Of a stretch of DNA of 64,000 nt, positions 36,230-49,963 are shown one piece after another. Numbering within the stretch: the stretch's first letter is position 1; each line of letters opens with the position of its first letter. Both the position numbers and the translations under genes were made by a program. This DNA comes from Dendrobates tinctorius (lineage: Eukaryota): NCBI RefSeq assembly GCF_039654945.1, contig NW_027361998.1, positions 4,712,001 through 4,776,000 on the forward strand, written 5' to 3'. The notes beneath the pieces were generated by a model. It saw nothing but the letters and a program-made list of their open reading frames with translations, did no database searches and had not been told where the DNA came from.

Positions 36230-38130
36230 TTTCACAAGAATGACAAAGCTAAACAGAGTATTTCCTGCAACTGTAAAAGAAACACAGCACAATATGGAAT
36301 ATTGCAGGTAAAGCAAAACTGGCAGTATACTTTCTGCAATTGTAACAAAACCTCAGCACAATAAGGAAATTATATAAGTAAAGCAAAACTGCAATTGTAA
36401 CGAAAACTCAGCACAATATGGAAATGTCCTAAGATCACTAACAAGAACCAGAGCAACTGTTTTAATACACAAGAGCCCAAAATCACTGAACGTAGGAGTC
36501 CAGCAGCAGATGTATGAGTAAGTACACCATATTAATGAGGCAGTCCCACGATGTAATGAATCAGTACGCACACAGCACTAGGATGTAGTAGTCCAGCAAA
36601 CTTAAGGGTGAAATGCAGTTAATACTCAAAACGTAGAAGTCAGCGTGATACAGGAGTGGCAAAAACAGGAGAAGGTTGCTATATGTGCCTATAGGGCTGA
36701 AAGTCCTGCACAAGTCCAGCCATGCAGCCCAAACAGACACAGACCTTAAAGGAGATGACAAAGTCAGGATTCCTTAATAGCCACAGCAGTTACAATGGTG
36801 ATCAGCTCCACATCAGAAGTCCAGACTGTAGTTGAGAACAGCAGGGCAGTAGGCAGCAGAGCGTAGAGAGGCAAAGCACCGAGTAACGAGCAGCAGCCAT
36901 AGCAGAGTGTCCATTAGCAGATGGGCAGGAGCTCAGGAGCAAGACAGCAATACAATACTCAGGCACAGGAGAGCACACAACCCAGACTTAAATAATCAGG
37001 ACAGACAGGAAGTTCCATGACAGGGCGAGATCCAAGACTCCATCTTGGATCAGGGTGAACAGGCTCACAGGAAAATCCGGAATACTTACATTACTGCCAC
37101 CTCAGAAGCGGCCTCAGGACGATCCAGGACCAGGCTTTTCAGGATATTTCTGATGGAACAGAGTAATTTTTTGAGGAGCACAGATATTGCCCACCGGCTC
37201 CCAAGAGTTCTCCTCAGACGAATATCCTTGCCATTTGATGAGGTACTGCAGTTGATTCCAGTGGATCCTAGAGTCCAGAATCTTCTCCACAACAAACTGT
37301 TCTTGTTCGTTCACTAACACAGGCTGAGGAGGAGGTGTAATACGACCCTGAAAAGTATTTGGAGACACTGGTTTTAACAGGGAGACATGAAACACAGGAT
37401 GTACCTTCAAGGTCCTTGGCAACTTCAGACGACAGGCAATGGAACTCACCATCCCAGAGATCTTGAACGGACCAATGAATTTTTGTCCCAGTTTCTGTGA
37501 TGGAATGTTCAATCTCAAGTTTTTAGTAGATAACCACACCCTACCTTGAACATAGGTTTTGGAGGCCTGCACCTATCGGCAGATCTCTTATATCTCTCTT
37601 GTGCAGTAGACAGCGATTCCTTCAGGGTTACCAGATTCTGTCTCATTGCCGCCAACCTCTCATGAACTGCAGGTACTGGTGCATCAATCGGGGATCTAGG
37701 AGGAATACTGGGATGATAACCCAGGTTGGCAAAGAAGGGTGTTACCTTAGTAGATGAACTCTGAGAGTTGTGGTAGCAAAATTCTGCTAGCAGAAGTAAC
37801 TCCAACCAGTCATTCTGCGAATGGCTGATATAGCATCGAAGATACTGTTCCAGAGTCTGATTAGTCCGCTCCATCTGTCCATTAGTCTGAGGATGATATG
37901 CAGAAGACAAACATTAACACCAAGCACAGAGCAGAATCCCTTTCAAAACCATGGATGTAAACTGCACTCCCCGATCAGAGATGATTTAGTCTGGGACTCC
38001 ATGCAGCTAGAACACATTCTTGATGACCAGATCTACCGTCTCCTTGGCTGAGGGAAGACCAGTGCAAGGAATGAAGTGGGCAGCTTTAGTGAGGCAATCT
38101 ATAACCACCAGAATAGAATTCTTTCCCCCA
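36230..38130 (-). mobile_element. 3' fragment of a third chromovirus (integrase, chromodomain, 3' LTR from 37090)
   Basis: SAYHPQTNGQ, GPF motif and FVVEKILDSR...YLIKWQGY...SWEP. A PPT precedes TG at 37090. The left LTR boundary is uncertain. Confidence 0.8.
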
Positions 38131-38467
38131 GCGGCGTGTTGTTTGTATTTTTCTCATGTATGGGAATTGTTATTGGGTGATATGTTTAGAGTGGACACAG
38201 CAATTTGGTTTTTAAATGTATTTTAATCAATTTTGTGTGCCAATAAGTCTAATGTTTATTAATTTTGTACATTGTTGTGGTGTGCATAATTCCAGTAGTG
38301 CTTTTTTCCGTTAACTGATCGTTCTCTATTTACTACTGTTGTTGCACTCCAGCATTATATTATATGTAACTTGTTTATATTATATTGCAGTGTGCTGTGT
38401 TTTGCTTTATCAAAATAAAGGGGGTCGGCTTATACTTGGGTCGGCTTATACTCGAGTATATAGGTAT

Positions 38468-41364
38468 ATCCAAAATATCAAGCCTGCCAATAATGGCACT
38501 TCAGAACAACAAATATCCAAAAAGACAAAGAAGCATAGCCATAAAAAGTGTCATTTTTATTAAAGCATGATAGCCAAACCAGAATTTGCCCACTGAGACA
38601 GCTTTTTCAGAACAAGCTGAGGATCTCTCTCTCATAGATTTAGAGCTAGGGGCTACTCGAATCGGAGCATCAGAAGGGGATTACATAAGGTTAGGCAGAT
38701 GGAGAGAAGGGATCTTCTCACACCTAAAAACAAGCACTCAGTTGTGGACTGTCAACAAGTTAGGTTCATTGCTACATACAAAGATAGGTGGTCTGAGGTA
38801 AGATCAGCCTTGGAAAAATTTTGGCCTATACTCCTGACGGACAAATGTCTGGTTAGACATGTGTCTAAGTGGCTATCTATTACATACAGGAGGTCAGGGA
38901 ACCTTAAAGATCACCTTGTTCACAGCTACCATGGTGCCCCGGGACGTGCTAAAGCCTTTGGTTCTAAGGGCCAAAAGTGGGGCTTTTTTCCATGCAATGA
39001 TTGTGTTGCATGCCCCAATATGAAGAAAGCATCAACTTTCTCCTCTAGTGATGGTAGGAAGATTTTTCAGATTACCCAGCACATAACGTGCCATACAGTA
39101 GGGGTGATATGTACTATCTACTCGTACTATGCCATGTGCCCGTGTTGTAAGATCTATGATGGGATGACCTCTAGACCCCTAAAAGTGAGAATCAGGGAGC
39201 ACTTCAGAGATATCAGGAATGCTTCTGGGACTGAGGATATCACTACTCTAAAACCCATACCTTAACAGTTTAAAATCCATCATGAGTGCAACCCAGAATA
39301 AGGTAACAGGTATAATAGATAGGGTTTATATGGATTTGAGAGGCGGAAACCTGTGAAAGAGATTGGCTCAGGTTGAAGCCCGATGGATATATAAAATTGG
39401 TTCAATCCAACCGAATGGATTAAATGAGTGGATTAAATGAGATCCTTAGCTTTGCCCCCTTCTGGTAATGTGGTTTTAGGTTATTTTTAGAGTTTTAATA
39501 TGTTTTTTCTTTTTGCAGTGTTTTTCTTTTCTAAGTGTGATCCACTTTGGTTGACTTTACCTTGGGATATGTGATTGGTCTTTGGGAGGATATACCATCA
39601 AGATGAATGGCACTTGATACTACAATCAAGATTTTCCAGAGTCTTTATGACTTGGGACTCATGTCCACGGCAATGAACTATATGTCGTAATTCCTCAGTG
39701 TTGTATCGTGTGTAAATACATTGCCCTGTAGATAGCGTTATATTGTACCTTGTAGGGAATGGAGTGCGGTTCCATCGTCCTTATGGGGTATTATAATATC
39801 TGTGGCTCTATATAACCATTTTAATTGCAGTGTATGTATTGTAGTATCTATGTGTGTGGTGATTTTGACTATAATGTATTTATGCGTGTAAATACTCTAA
39901 CATTGTAGTAATATTTTTGCTGATACGATACTGGGATAGGTGTCCCCTGGATAGCTATATCTTTATATAAGGGACTGAAAACCTGATGGTGGCATTAGTG
40001 TATTTCAATATATGGCTTATAACAATATTTAGCAAAGTTAATACACATGTATGCATATGTACACCTTGGTGTCCCTCAGGGATCAATTGACTTTTTGATG
40101 TCACGCTTAGTATATTTGTTTTTTTACACACATGTTCACACAGGCTCGCGGTAATTGTGTCCTTCTTTAGCCCTCCCGCCTCTATCCGGGCAATACTGTT
40201 CACATTTGTGCACACTGATGTCCACGCAGTGTGCATCCGTCCGACTGTCAACATGTGCAGCTCCCCTGCTCTGACACGCCGAGTGGGGGCGTGGCCATGT
40301 GACGGGCGGCATGCTCCTGCTGTGGTGTGGCCACGTCATCCTGGACGTCCCCAGCTCCTCCCCCTGCCCTGGTGTGTCGAACGGTGGAGTGATGGAGTGG
40401 GGTGGGCGTACCAGGCTATGACGACACACGCCATACTCACACCGCTTACGGCCTTGTACTGGTCATGGCGATTTCTATTAGCCATGTGGCGTCTTAGACC
40501 CGGTTCACATCTCCTGCAACTAATGGTGCGTTTCAGATGGACTGAATGTAGCTTGTTACAGCACTAGGTGGCAGTGTTATGGATGGCTCTCAGCACACTT
40601 GTGAGGTTCCTGATGAGGAGGTGGGGGGCTATTTAAGGACATAAGCACATGATAACCACATACTTTACCCCCTTGGATGAAGCTGTGGCGAAACGCGCGT
40701 CGGGGATATTGACCAACAAGGTTGTATATTTCTCTCATGCACTCTGCACTTTATTTTGTATTTTCCTTCTCTTAGCCTGCTATTTTAGCGTTATTGTAAT
40801 CTATTGGGTATGCATAGATGCATGTATCTGTGTGCAGCGTCCATATTAGCTGCTGCTGGCATTTTCTAGAGCACTATGGGCTCATATCTTATACCCTGCC
40901 ACATGTACACATAGATTTATTCTACTTTTATATGGTGACCTAGTACACACCCTTTATATGTGCCATTTATTTGCATACTTTTGCACACTGACTACTCAGT
41001 ATATCCATTGGTACAAATATAGGGGTTATGGCTATTGCACAAGAGGTACAATACTGTGCACATATTGAATAGGTGCAGTCACAGCGGTACACATATGTAT
41101 GCAGCATTTTTTACACTCATGCTTATTTGTGCAGAGAGGAGAGTGTGAACCATGGTGGGAGGCTTTTCAATAGTCATTATGACATGTTAATAAGAGATTT
41201 AAATGTTGTATCTCCTACTGGTACATCTGTTCTCACATGTGTATACTTACCTATGTTTGGTTTTTTGGACCGGAATCTCCTTTTATGTGTTTTTATGGTT
41301 TGGCTATCATGCTTTAATAAAAATCACACTTTTTATGGCTATGCTTCTTTGTTTTTTTGGATAT
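38468..41364 (+). mobile_element. Penelope-like retroelement, 5'-truncated (GIY-YIG endonuclease region plus pLTR)
   Basis: ORF 38699-39265 has the CxxCxxC linker, a GVI...YY / IYDGMT.R..K.RIREH GIY-YIG-like motif and a later EARWIYK...PNGLNE. The 5' end carries an inverted copy of the 3' end. The 16-bp direct repeat TCGAGTATATAGGTAT flanks it. Confidence 0.85.
40668..40705 (+). ncRNA. Minimal, atypical hammerhead-like motif in the Penelope pLTR
   Basis: CCCC-CTTGGATGA-AGC-TGTG-GC-GAAAC-GCGC-GTC-GGGG gives stem I, a degenerate CUGANGA core, GAAA, a palindromic stem III and a GUC site. Confidence 0.55.
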
Positions 41365-43637
41365 TCGAGTATATAGGTATTTAAAAAATAATACAAAATA
41401 GAGAACAAAAAAAAAGAAAAAATATTAATACAATAAATACATATATTATTGTAAAACAAAAAATATACAAATAAAGTACACATATTTGCTATAACAACTT
41501 CCGGAATGAACTGACCCATAAAAATATCCCACTATTTAACCTCTTCAATGAACACCAATAAAAAAAACAAACAAAAACTTGGCCAAAAATATTCTTTTTC
41601 ATTATACCACTGAACAAAAAGTGGAATAAAACGCGATCAAAATTTTAATGTAAATAAAATAGTATAGCTGAAAATGGCATCTTGTCCCAAAATAAACAAG
41701 CCTCGAAATTGTTCCATCAGTGGAAATATAAAAAAGTTACAGCTTTCAGAATACAGCAGTGCAAAAACAATTATTTTTTCTATAGAATAATTTGATTGTG
41801 TAAAAGCGCCCAAATTTAAAAAAATACAAATGTGGCATCGCTGTAATCGTACTGACCCAAAGAATAAAGTTGTCTTATAAATTTTACCACATGCAGAACA
41901 GCATGAAAAAAGCCTCCAAAAAACAATTCCTGAATTACTGGTTTTTGTTCATTCTGCCTCCCAACACTCAGAATAGAAAGTGATTAAGAAACTTAATGTG
42001 ACCAAAAATGGTACCAATAAAAATGTTAACTCATCCCACAAAAAACAAGCCCTCACATGACTGTCAGCAGAAATATGCAAATATTATAGCTCTCAAAATA
42101 TAGCTACGGAAAGAGTTTGTTTTGCAAAAAAAAGTGTTTATTAGTGTGAGACTACAGCCAAGTATAAGAAAAAATATATAAATCTGATAATGCTGTAATC
42201 GAATCAACCAGGAGAATAAAGCCGTCTAATCACTTATACCTCACAAGGAACAGAGTAAAAAAAAAATTAAACCAATTATTGATCTTTTTCTACCTCCCAA
42301 AGATCGCAGTAAGGCTCGGCTCACATTTATCCTACACTCTACAATGACCTCTTGCACCTAAGTTTCCATGTAAATCCATGATTCAGACAGAACCTCTGAT
42401 GGAAGATTCCCTGTAATGAGGCAGAAGGAGGTACTGTGGATGCTGTCTGGCCTATGATTGTCAGTTTCCATATTTTTAAATGTGCATAATAACCAGAGTT
42501 TTGTGCAGCTCTGAAAACAAGGACACTACTGAAAAGAGGCCAGACCAGAGCCCAAAGTAAATCTGTTGCCTCATTGTGAATGAATTTCTCATGAGTTTCA
42601 TCTGAATCATGTCATTCAGAGATATAGATTGAAACTCTCATGTAAGTGCTCAGCGTAGAACGCAGGATAAATGTAATCCAAAATGTTCTGTTAAATGTTC
42701 CTAATAAAAGCTTCAACTCAATCAACAAATAAGCAACTCTCCACTCTGGTTTGTCATCCGTCAATGAAAATGTAGGGGGCTTTCAAGTTACTGGTAGCAC
42801 AACGGCTCTGGAATAGGGCTTTGGCTCCTCGGCCTCCAAAATAAATTCAGCATATTCTGCACCCCCTAATCCGAATTCCCCCTCCTTCCTGAGCCCCAGT
42901 GTGTATAAACCACAATTAACATTCACATTTGACATTTCTGTAGCGATAAGAGCCCATTTATTTATGGGGTCCATGTCTCCAAAAGCAGGAGCTGGGCACA
43001 ATAAATTGGTGCTACAATGTATGGGCACTAAAATGCATGGGCACTGCAATGGCAGATTTGCAATTTTTACTCAGCAACATCTACTGCTGCTTGCTTGTGG
43101 TAAACACCTATGGAGTCAAAATGGTCACTGGACTATAGATAAATTCCAAAGGGGTTATAATTTCCAAAATGGGTCACTTGAGGTGGGATTCTGTTTTTCT
43201 AGCACTTAGGGGCTCTTTATATGGAATCCACAAACTAGTCTAGGAAAATCTGTGCTTCAGGAGGAAAATAGTGATCTGTCCCTCCCGAGTCTCTCCGTAT
43301 GGCAAAGTAGTACTCTACAGCCACATATGGGGTATTGTCAAATTCAGCAAAATTTGTGTGTCAAATTTTTGTGCCATTTTTACTTATTTCCCCCTGGACC
43401 TAAAACAAAATTATTGTGGTAAAAATGTAATTAGCTTTTCTTCACCCCCCAGTGGTATAAAATTCTGTGACACATGTGGTGCCAATATGATCACTGCACC
43501 CCTAGATGAAATCATTAAGAGATGTAGTTTGTAAAATAGGGTCACTTATGTGGGTTCTGCTGTTAAGGAATCTCAGGGGCCAATGTGACATGGCAACATC
43601 AAACCATTCCAGCAAAATGTGAATAAAATATTCCGCT

Positions 43638-44404
43638 TAGGGATGAGCGAGTATACTCGTTAGGATTCGGTACTCGGCGAGTAATGAGGTACTCGTGGTA
43701 CTCGAATCCTAGCGAGTAAATTTCGCCTCGCAATATTCAGATCTCCTGCCCGGCATGTGCTAGCCAATCACAGTAAAGCAGCAGCATTCTTTGTTGTGGC
43801 ATTACTGTGATTGGCTGGCCGCGCAGCATCACTTTATCTCTGGAGCCCCTGGAGAGCGGTCGCATCAGCTCCACGGGAGATCGACGTGGGACCCTCGTTA
43901 TTAATGGCATTACAGCGGAAAGGTGAGTATAGGTTGCTTTATCATTTTAATTTTTTTACAGGTGATCAATGGCTTCGGGGAATTAGGTGTGTGCGGTGAG
44001 TATATACTCGATGTTATGTGTTGTATGTTATGTGTATGTACTGTATGTTATATGTTGTATGTTCTGTATGTCTTTTTTTTTTTTACATTCACCACATTAG
44101 CCGGATGATGGGAATACTACTTTCCCATCATCCGCTAATGCTGTCACTGTAGCAGGTATAGCCAGATGGGACAAGTAGTCCCATCGGACGATGCCCGCAC
44201 AGGCCCCGCACACACACAGCTCCACAGACCCCCGCACACATTCTCCACGCACACATAGTCTCCACCCACACACATTCTCTGCCCATTACTCGCATTTCCC
44301 ATAGACTTACAATGGACTCGCTACTTGTTACGAGTACCCGAGTATTAGGAGCTACTCGTAACGAGTACAGCGAGTCCGAGTATTTCACTACTTGCTCATC
44401 CCTA
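43638..44404. mobile_element. hAT-type MITE, 8-bp TSD ATTCCGCT
   Basis: TIRs TAGGGATGAGC / GCTCATCCCTA with subterminal TACTCG/CGAGTA repeats. Confidence 0.92.
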
Positions 44405-44621
44405 ATTCCGCTCCATCCCTTCTAAACTTTGCACTCTACCTCAAAGTAGTTTTCGACTACATCTGAAGTATTGGCATACTCAGAATAAATTCTGCAACAT
44501 ATTTTATGTTCCACTTTATCCTATTATCTCTTTTGAAAATTGAAAACATGAGGCTAAAGTAACATTTTAGTGGAATAAATGGAAATTTTCCATTGTCTCC
44601 CTAAAATTATACAATTTTTCA

Positions 44622-45035
44622 CATAGTAACATAGTTAGTAAGGCCGAAAAAAGATATTAGTCCATCCAGTTCAGCCTATATTCCATCAGAATAAATCCCA
44701 AGATCTACGTCCTTCTAAAGAACCAAAAAACTGTAAAATACAATATTGTTTCACTCCAGGAAGATATCCAGGCCTCTCTTGAATTCGTCAACTGAGTTCG
44801 CCATCACCACCTCCTCAGGCAGGGAATTCCAGACTCTCACTGCCCTAACAGTAAAGAATCTTCTTCTATGTTGGTGGAAAAACCTTTTCTCCTCCTGACG
44901 CTGAGAACGTCACCTTGATTGGTATAAACAGATCCTCGGAGAGATATTTGTATTGTCCCCTTATATACTGATACATGGTTATTAGATCGCCCCTCAGTCG
45001 TCTTTTTTCTAGACTAAATAATCCTAATTTTGAAT
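44622..45035 (-). mobile_element. CR1 3' fragment
   Basis: TAGTAACATAG tail. The minus strand encodes the CR1 C-terminal [13 protein letters not shown] and FFTVR motifs. Confidence 0.75.
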
Positions 45036-45079
45036 AACCTGAGGGATAAAAATGCTTGCTATACTGCTAGATGAATATA

Positions 45080-46616
45080 CACTGCTCAAAAAAATAAAGA
45101 GAACATTTAAACAACAGAATATAACTGCAAGTAAATCAAACTTCTGTGACATCACACTGTCCACTTAGGAAGCAACACTGACTGACAATCAATTTCACAT
45201 GCTGTTGTGCAAATGGAAGAGACAACAGATGGAAATTATTGGCAATTATCAAGACACCCTCAATAAAGTAGTGATTCTGCAGGTGGGGACCACAGACCAC
45301 ATCTCAGTATCAATGCTTTCTGGCTGATGTTTTGGTCACTTTTGAATGTTGGTTGTGCCTCCACACTCATGGTAGCTTGAGACGGACTCTACAACCCACA
45401 CAAGTGGCTAAGGTAGTGCAGCTCATCCAGGATGGAACATCAATGCGAGCTGTGGCAAGAAGGTTTGCTATGTCTGTCAGCGTAGTGTCCAGAGGCTGGA
45501 GGTCGCTACCAGGAGACAGGCCAGTACACCAGGAGATGTGGAGAAGGCCGTAAGAGGGCAGCAACCCAGCAGCAGGACCGCTACCTCCACCTTTGTGCAA
45601 GGAGGAGCAGGAGGAGCACTGCCAGAGCCCTGCAAAATGACCTCCAGCAGGCCACAAATGTGCATGTGTCTGCACAAATGGTAAGAAACCGACTCCATGT
45701 GGATGGTCTGAGGGTCCAACGTCCACAGATGGGGGTTGTTCTTACAGTCCAACACCGTGCAGGACGCTTGGCATTTGCCACAGAACACCAGGATTGGCAA
45801 ATTCGCCACTGGCGCCCTGTGCTCTTTGCAGATGAAAGCAGGTTCACACTGAGCACATGTGGCAGACGTGACAGAGTCTGGAGACACTGTGGTGAACGAT
45901 CTGATACCTGAAACAGCCTTCAGCGTTCCTGGTTTGGCAGTGGGGCAGTAATGGTGTGGGGTGGCATTTCTTTGGAGGGCCACACAGCCCTCCATGTGCT
46001 CGCCAGAGGTAGTCTCAATGCCATTAGGTACCAAGATGAGATCCTCAGACCCCTTGTGAGACCATATGCTAGTTCGCTGGGCTCCTAATGCAGGACAATG
46101 TCAGACCTCATGTGGCTGGAGTGTGTCAGCAGTTCCTGCAAGATGAAGGCATTCAAGCTATGTACTGGCCTGCCTGTTCCCCAGATCTGAATCAGATTGA
46201 ACACATCTGGGACATCACGTCTCGCTCCATCCACCATCCACCAACGTCACGGTGCACCACAGACTGTCCAGGAGTTGTCGGATGCTTTAGTCCAGGTCTG
46301 GTAGGAGAGCCACCTCATCAGGAGCATGCCCCGGCGTTGTACAGTAGGGAGGTCATACAGGCACGTGGAGGCCACACACAATACTGAGCATCATTTTGAC
46401 TTGTTTTAAGGACATTACATTCCACTTTAATTTTGTGTGTGACTCCAAATCCAGGCCTCCATTGGTTAATAAATTTGATTTCCATTTATGATTTTTGTGT
46501 GATTTTGTTGTTAGCACTTTCAACTTTGTACAGAACAAAGTACTCAATGAGAATATTGCATTCATTCCGATCAAGGATGTGTTATTTCAGTGTTCCCTTT
46601 ATTTTTTTGAGCAATG
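45080..46616 (+). mobile_element. Full-length decayed Tc1 element (DD34E)
   Basis: TIRs CACTGCTCAAAAAAATAAAG with TA on both sides. Motifs FADESRF, QDNVRPH and WPACSPDLNQIEH; several stops and frameshifts. Confidence 0.92.
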
Positions 46617-47447
46617 TATAAAGAAGTATAGTTTCTAAAATGGGGACACTTGTGGGGGTTTCTGCTGTTTTGTGACATGGCATCCGCAATATGCTCCAGC
46701 CAAAATTGCACTCCAGAAATTTATTGGTGGTGCTCTTTCCCTTACGATCCCTGCCAAAACAGTAGATTTCCAACACATGTGAGGTATCGGTGTACTGATG
46801 ACAAATTGCACAAACCATTTTTTCAGTCCATTTTCTGATGTTACCTTTATGAAAGTGAAAGATTTGGGGCTGAAGCAACATTTTTGTGTGAAAGATGTAT
46901 TTCTTCATTGTCACAACTAGTGTTGAGCATTCCGATACCGCAAGTATCGGGTATCGGCCGATACTTGCTGTATCGGAATTCCGATACCGACTTCCGATAT
47001 TTTTTTAATATCGGAATTCGGCATCGGAATCGGAAGTTCAGTTGATTGACGGCCTGACGTCATCATGATGCGCGGTGTGTGCGCATCATGATGCGCCGTC
47101 ATTTCGGGCCTTCCGGGGGTCTCTGCCGGCCTGCCGGGGGGCTGTGCCGGCCTGCCGGGGGGCTGTGCCGGCCTGCCGGGGGGCTGTGTGGACTGCCCGG
47201 GGTCTGTACCGGCCTGCCGGGGGGCTGTGCCGGCCTGCCGGTGGTCTGTGCACCCTGTGGGGGTCTGTACCGGCCTGCCGGGGGGCTGTGCCGGCCTGCC
47301 GGGGGGCTGTGCTGATGTCCGGGGGTCTGTGCAAGCATCGTCCGATGGGACTACAAGTCCCATCGGGCGATGCCTGCTACCATGACAGTGATTGACACAT
47401 TAGCCAATGATGGGACAGTAGTAGTCCCATCATCCGGCTAATGTGTT

Positions 47448-47477
<30 letters not shown>

Positions 47478-47478
<1 letters not shown>

Positions 47479-48365
47479 TACTACATACATACTACATGCT
47501 ACATACATACTACATATATACTACATACATACTACATACATGCTACATACATACTACATGCATGCTACATACATACTACATATATACTACATACATACTA
47601 CATACATACTGCATGCTACATACATACTACATACATACTACATACATACTACATGCATGCTACATATATACTACATGCTACATACATACCACATACATAC
47701 TACATGCATGCTACATATATACTACATGCTACATACATACCACATACATACTACATACATGCTACATATATACTACATACATACCACATACATACTACAT
47801 ACATGCTACATACATACTACATACATACTACATGCATGCTACATACATACTACATACATACTACATGCATGCTACATACATGCTACATACATACTACATG
47901 CTACATACATACTACATATATACTACATACATACTACATATATACTACATACATACTACATACATACCACATATATACTACATACATACTACATGCATGC
48001 TACATACATACTACATGCTACATACATACCACATACATACTACATACATGCTACATATATACTACATGCATGCTACATACATACTACATATATACTACAT
48101 GCATGCTACATACATACTGCATGCTACATGCATGCTACATACATACTACATACATACTACATGCATGCTACATACATACTACATGCTACATACATACCAC
48201 ATACATACTACATACATGCTACATATATACTACATGCATGCTACATACATACTACATATATACTACATGCATGCTACATACATACTACATGCTACATGCA
48301 TGCTACATACATACTACATACATACTACATGCTACATACATACCACATATATACTACATACATAC
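47478..48365. repeat. Compound TACA/TAC/CATG microsatellite (left arm)
   Basis: Low-complexity units such as ACTACATACAT and GCTACATGCAT. Confidence 0.97.
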
Positions 48366-49039
48366 AATACATTCATACAATACATACATAGACATACAGT
48401 ACATATAACATAGAGTAACATACTTACCAATACTTGTCACATTGTTCCCCGAAGCCATTGTCTTTCCGGAATAAATATTAACATAACAAACCACAAAAAT
48501 ACTCACCCACGATCCGAAGCAGTCCACGAGTGTGTCCCACGACGATCTTGGGTAGAGAACGGCAGCATCAGATGATGCTGCCGTTCTCTACGGGCTGCAG
48601 GAATCCAATGACGGAAGGTAGGTATCCTTCCGCACTGTATTCCTCCGCCACTTAAAAAAAAAAAAGTCCCTAGTCTCACTTTATGCCATTGCTGTGTGGG
48701 AATTTCCCACACAGCAATGGCATAAAGTGAGACTAGGGACTTTTTTTTTTTTTAAGTGGCGGAGGAATACAGTGCGGAAGGATACCTACCTTCCGTCATT
48801 GGATTCCTGCAGCCCGTAGAGAACGGCAGCAACAGCTGATGCTGCCGTTCTCTACCCAAGATCGTCGTGGGACACACTCGTGGACTGCTTCGGATCGTGG
48901 GTGAGTATTTTTGTGGTTTGTTATGTTAATATTTATTCCGTAGACGACAATGGATTCGGGGAACAATGTGACAAGTATTGGTAAGTATGTTACTCTATGT
49001 TATATGTACTGTATGTCTATGTATGTATTGTATGAATGT

Positions 49040-49963
49040 ATTGTATGTATGTAGTATATATGTGGTATGTATGTAGCATGTAGTATGTATGTAGTATGTA
49101 TGTAGCATGCATGTAGCATGCAGTATGTATGTAGCATGCAGTATGTATGTAGCATGCATGTAGTATATATGTAGTATGTATGTAGCATGCATGTAGTATA
49201 TATGTAGCATGTATGTGGTATGTATGTAGCATGTAGTATGTATGTAGCATGCATGTAGTATGTATGTAGCATGTATGTAGTATATATGTAGTATGTATGT
49301 AGCATGTAGTATGTATGTAGCATGCATGTAGTATATATGTAGTATGTATGTAGCATGTAGTATGTATGTAGCATGCATGTAGTATATATGTAGCATGTAT
49401 GTGGTATGTATGTAGCATGTAGTATGTATGTAGCATGCATGTAGTATGTATGTAGCATGTATGTAGTATATATGTAGTATGTATGTAGTATGTATGTAGC
49501 ATGTAGTATGTATGTAGCATGCATGTAGTATATATGTAGTATGTATGTAGCATGTAGTATGTATGTAGCATGCATGTAGTATATATGTAGTATGTATGTA
49601 GCATGCATGTAGTATATATGTAGTATGTATGTAGCATGCATGTAGTATATATGTAGTATGTATGTGGTATGTATGTAGCATGTAGTATGTATGTAGTATG
49701 TATGTAGCATGTAGCATGTATGTAGCATGCATGTAGTATATATGTAGTATGTATGTGGTATGTATGTAGCATGTAGTATGTATGTAGCATGCATGTAGTA
49801 TATATGTAGTATGTATGTAGCATGTAGTATGCAGTATGTATGTAGCATGCATGTAGTATATATGTAGTATGTATGTTGCATGTAGTATGAATGTAGCATG
49901 TATGTAGTATGTAGTATGAATGTAGCATGTATGTAGTATGCATGTTGTATGTATGTAGCATGT
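49040..49963. repeat. Inverted copy of the compound microsatellite (right arm)
   Basis: ATGTATGTAGT-type units, the reverse complement of the left array. Confidence 0.97.
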
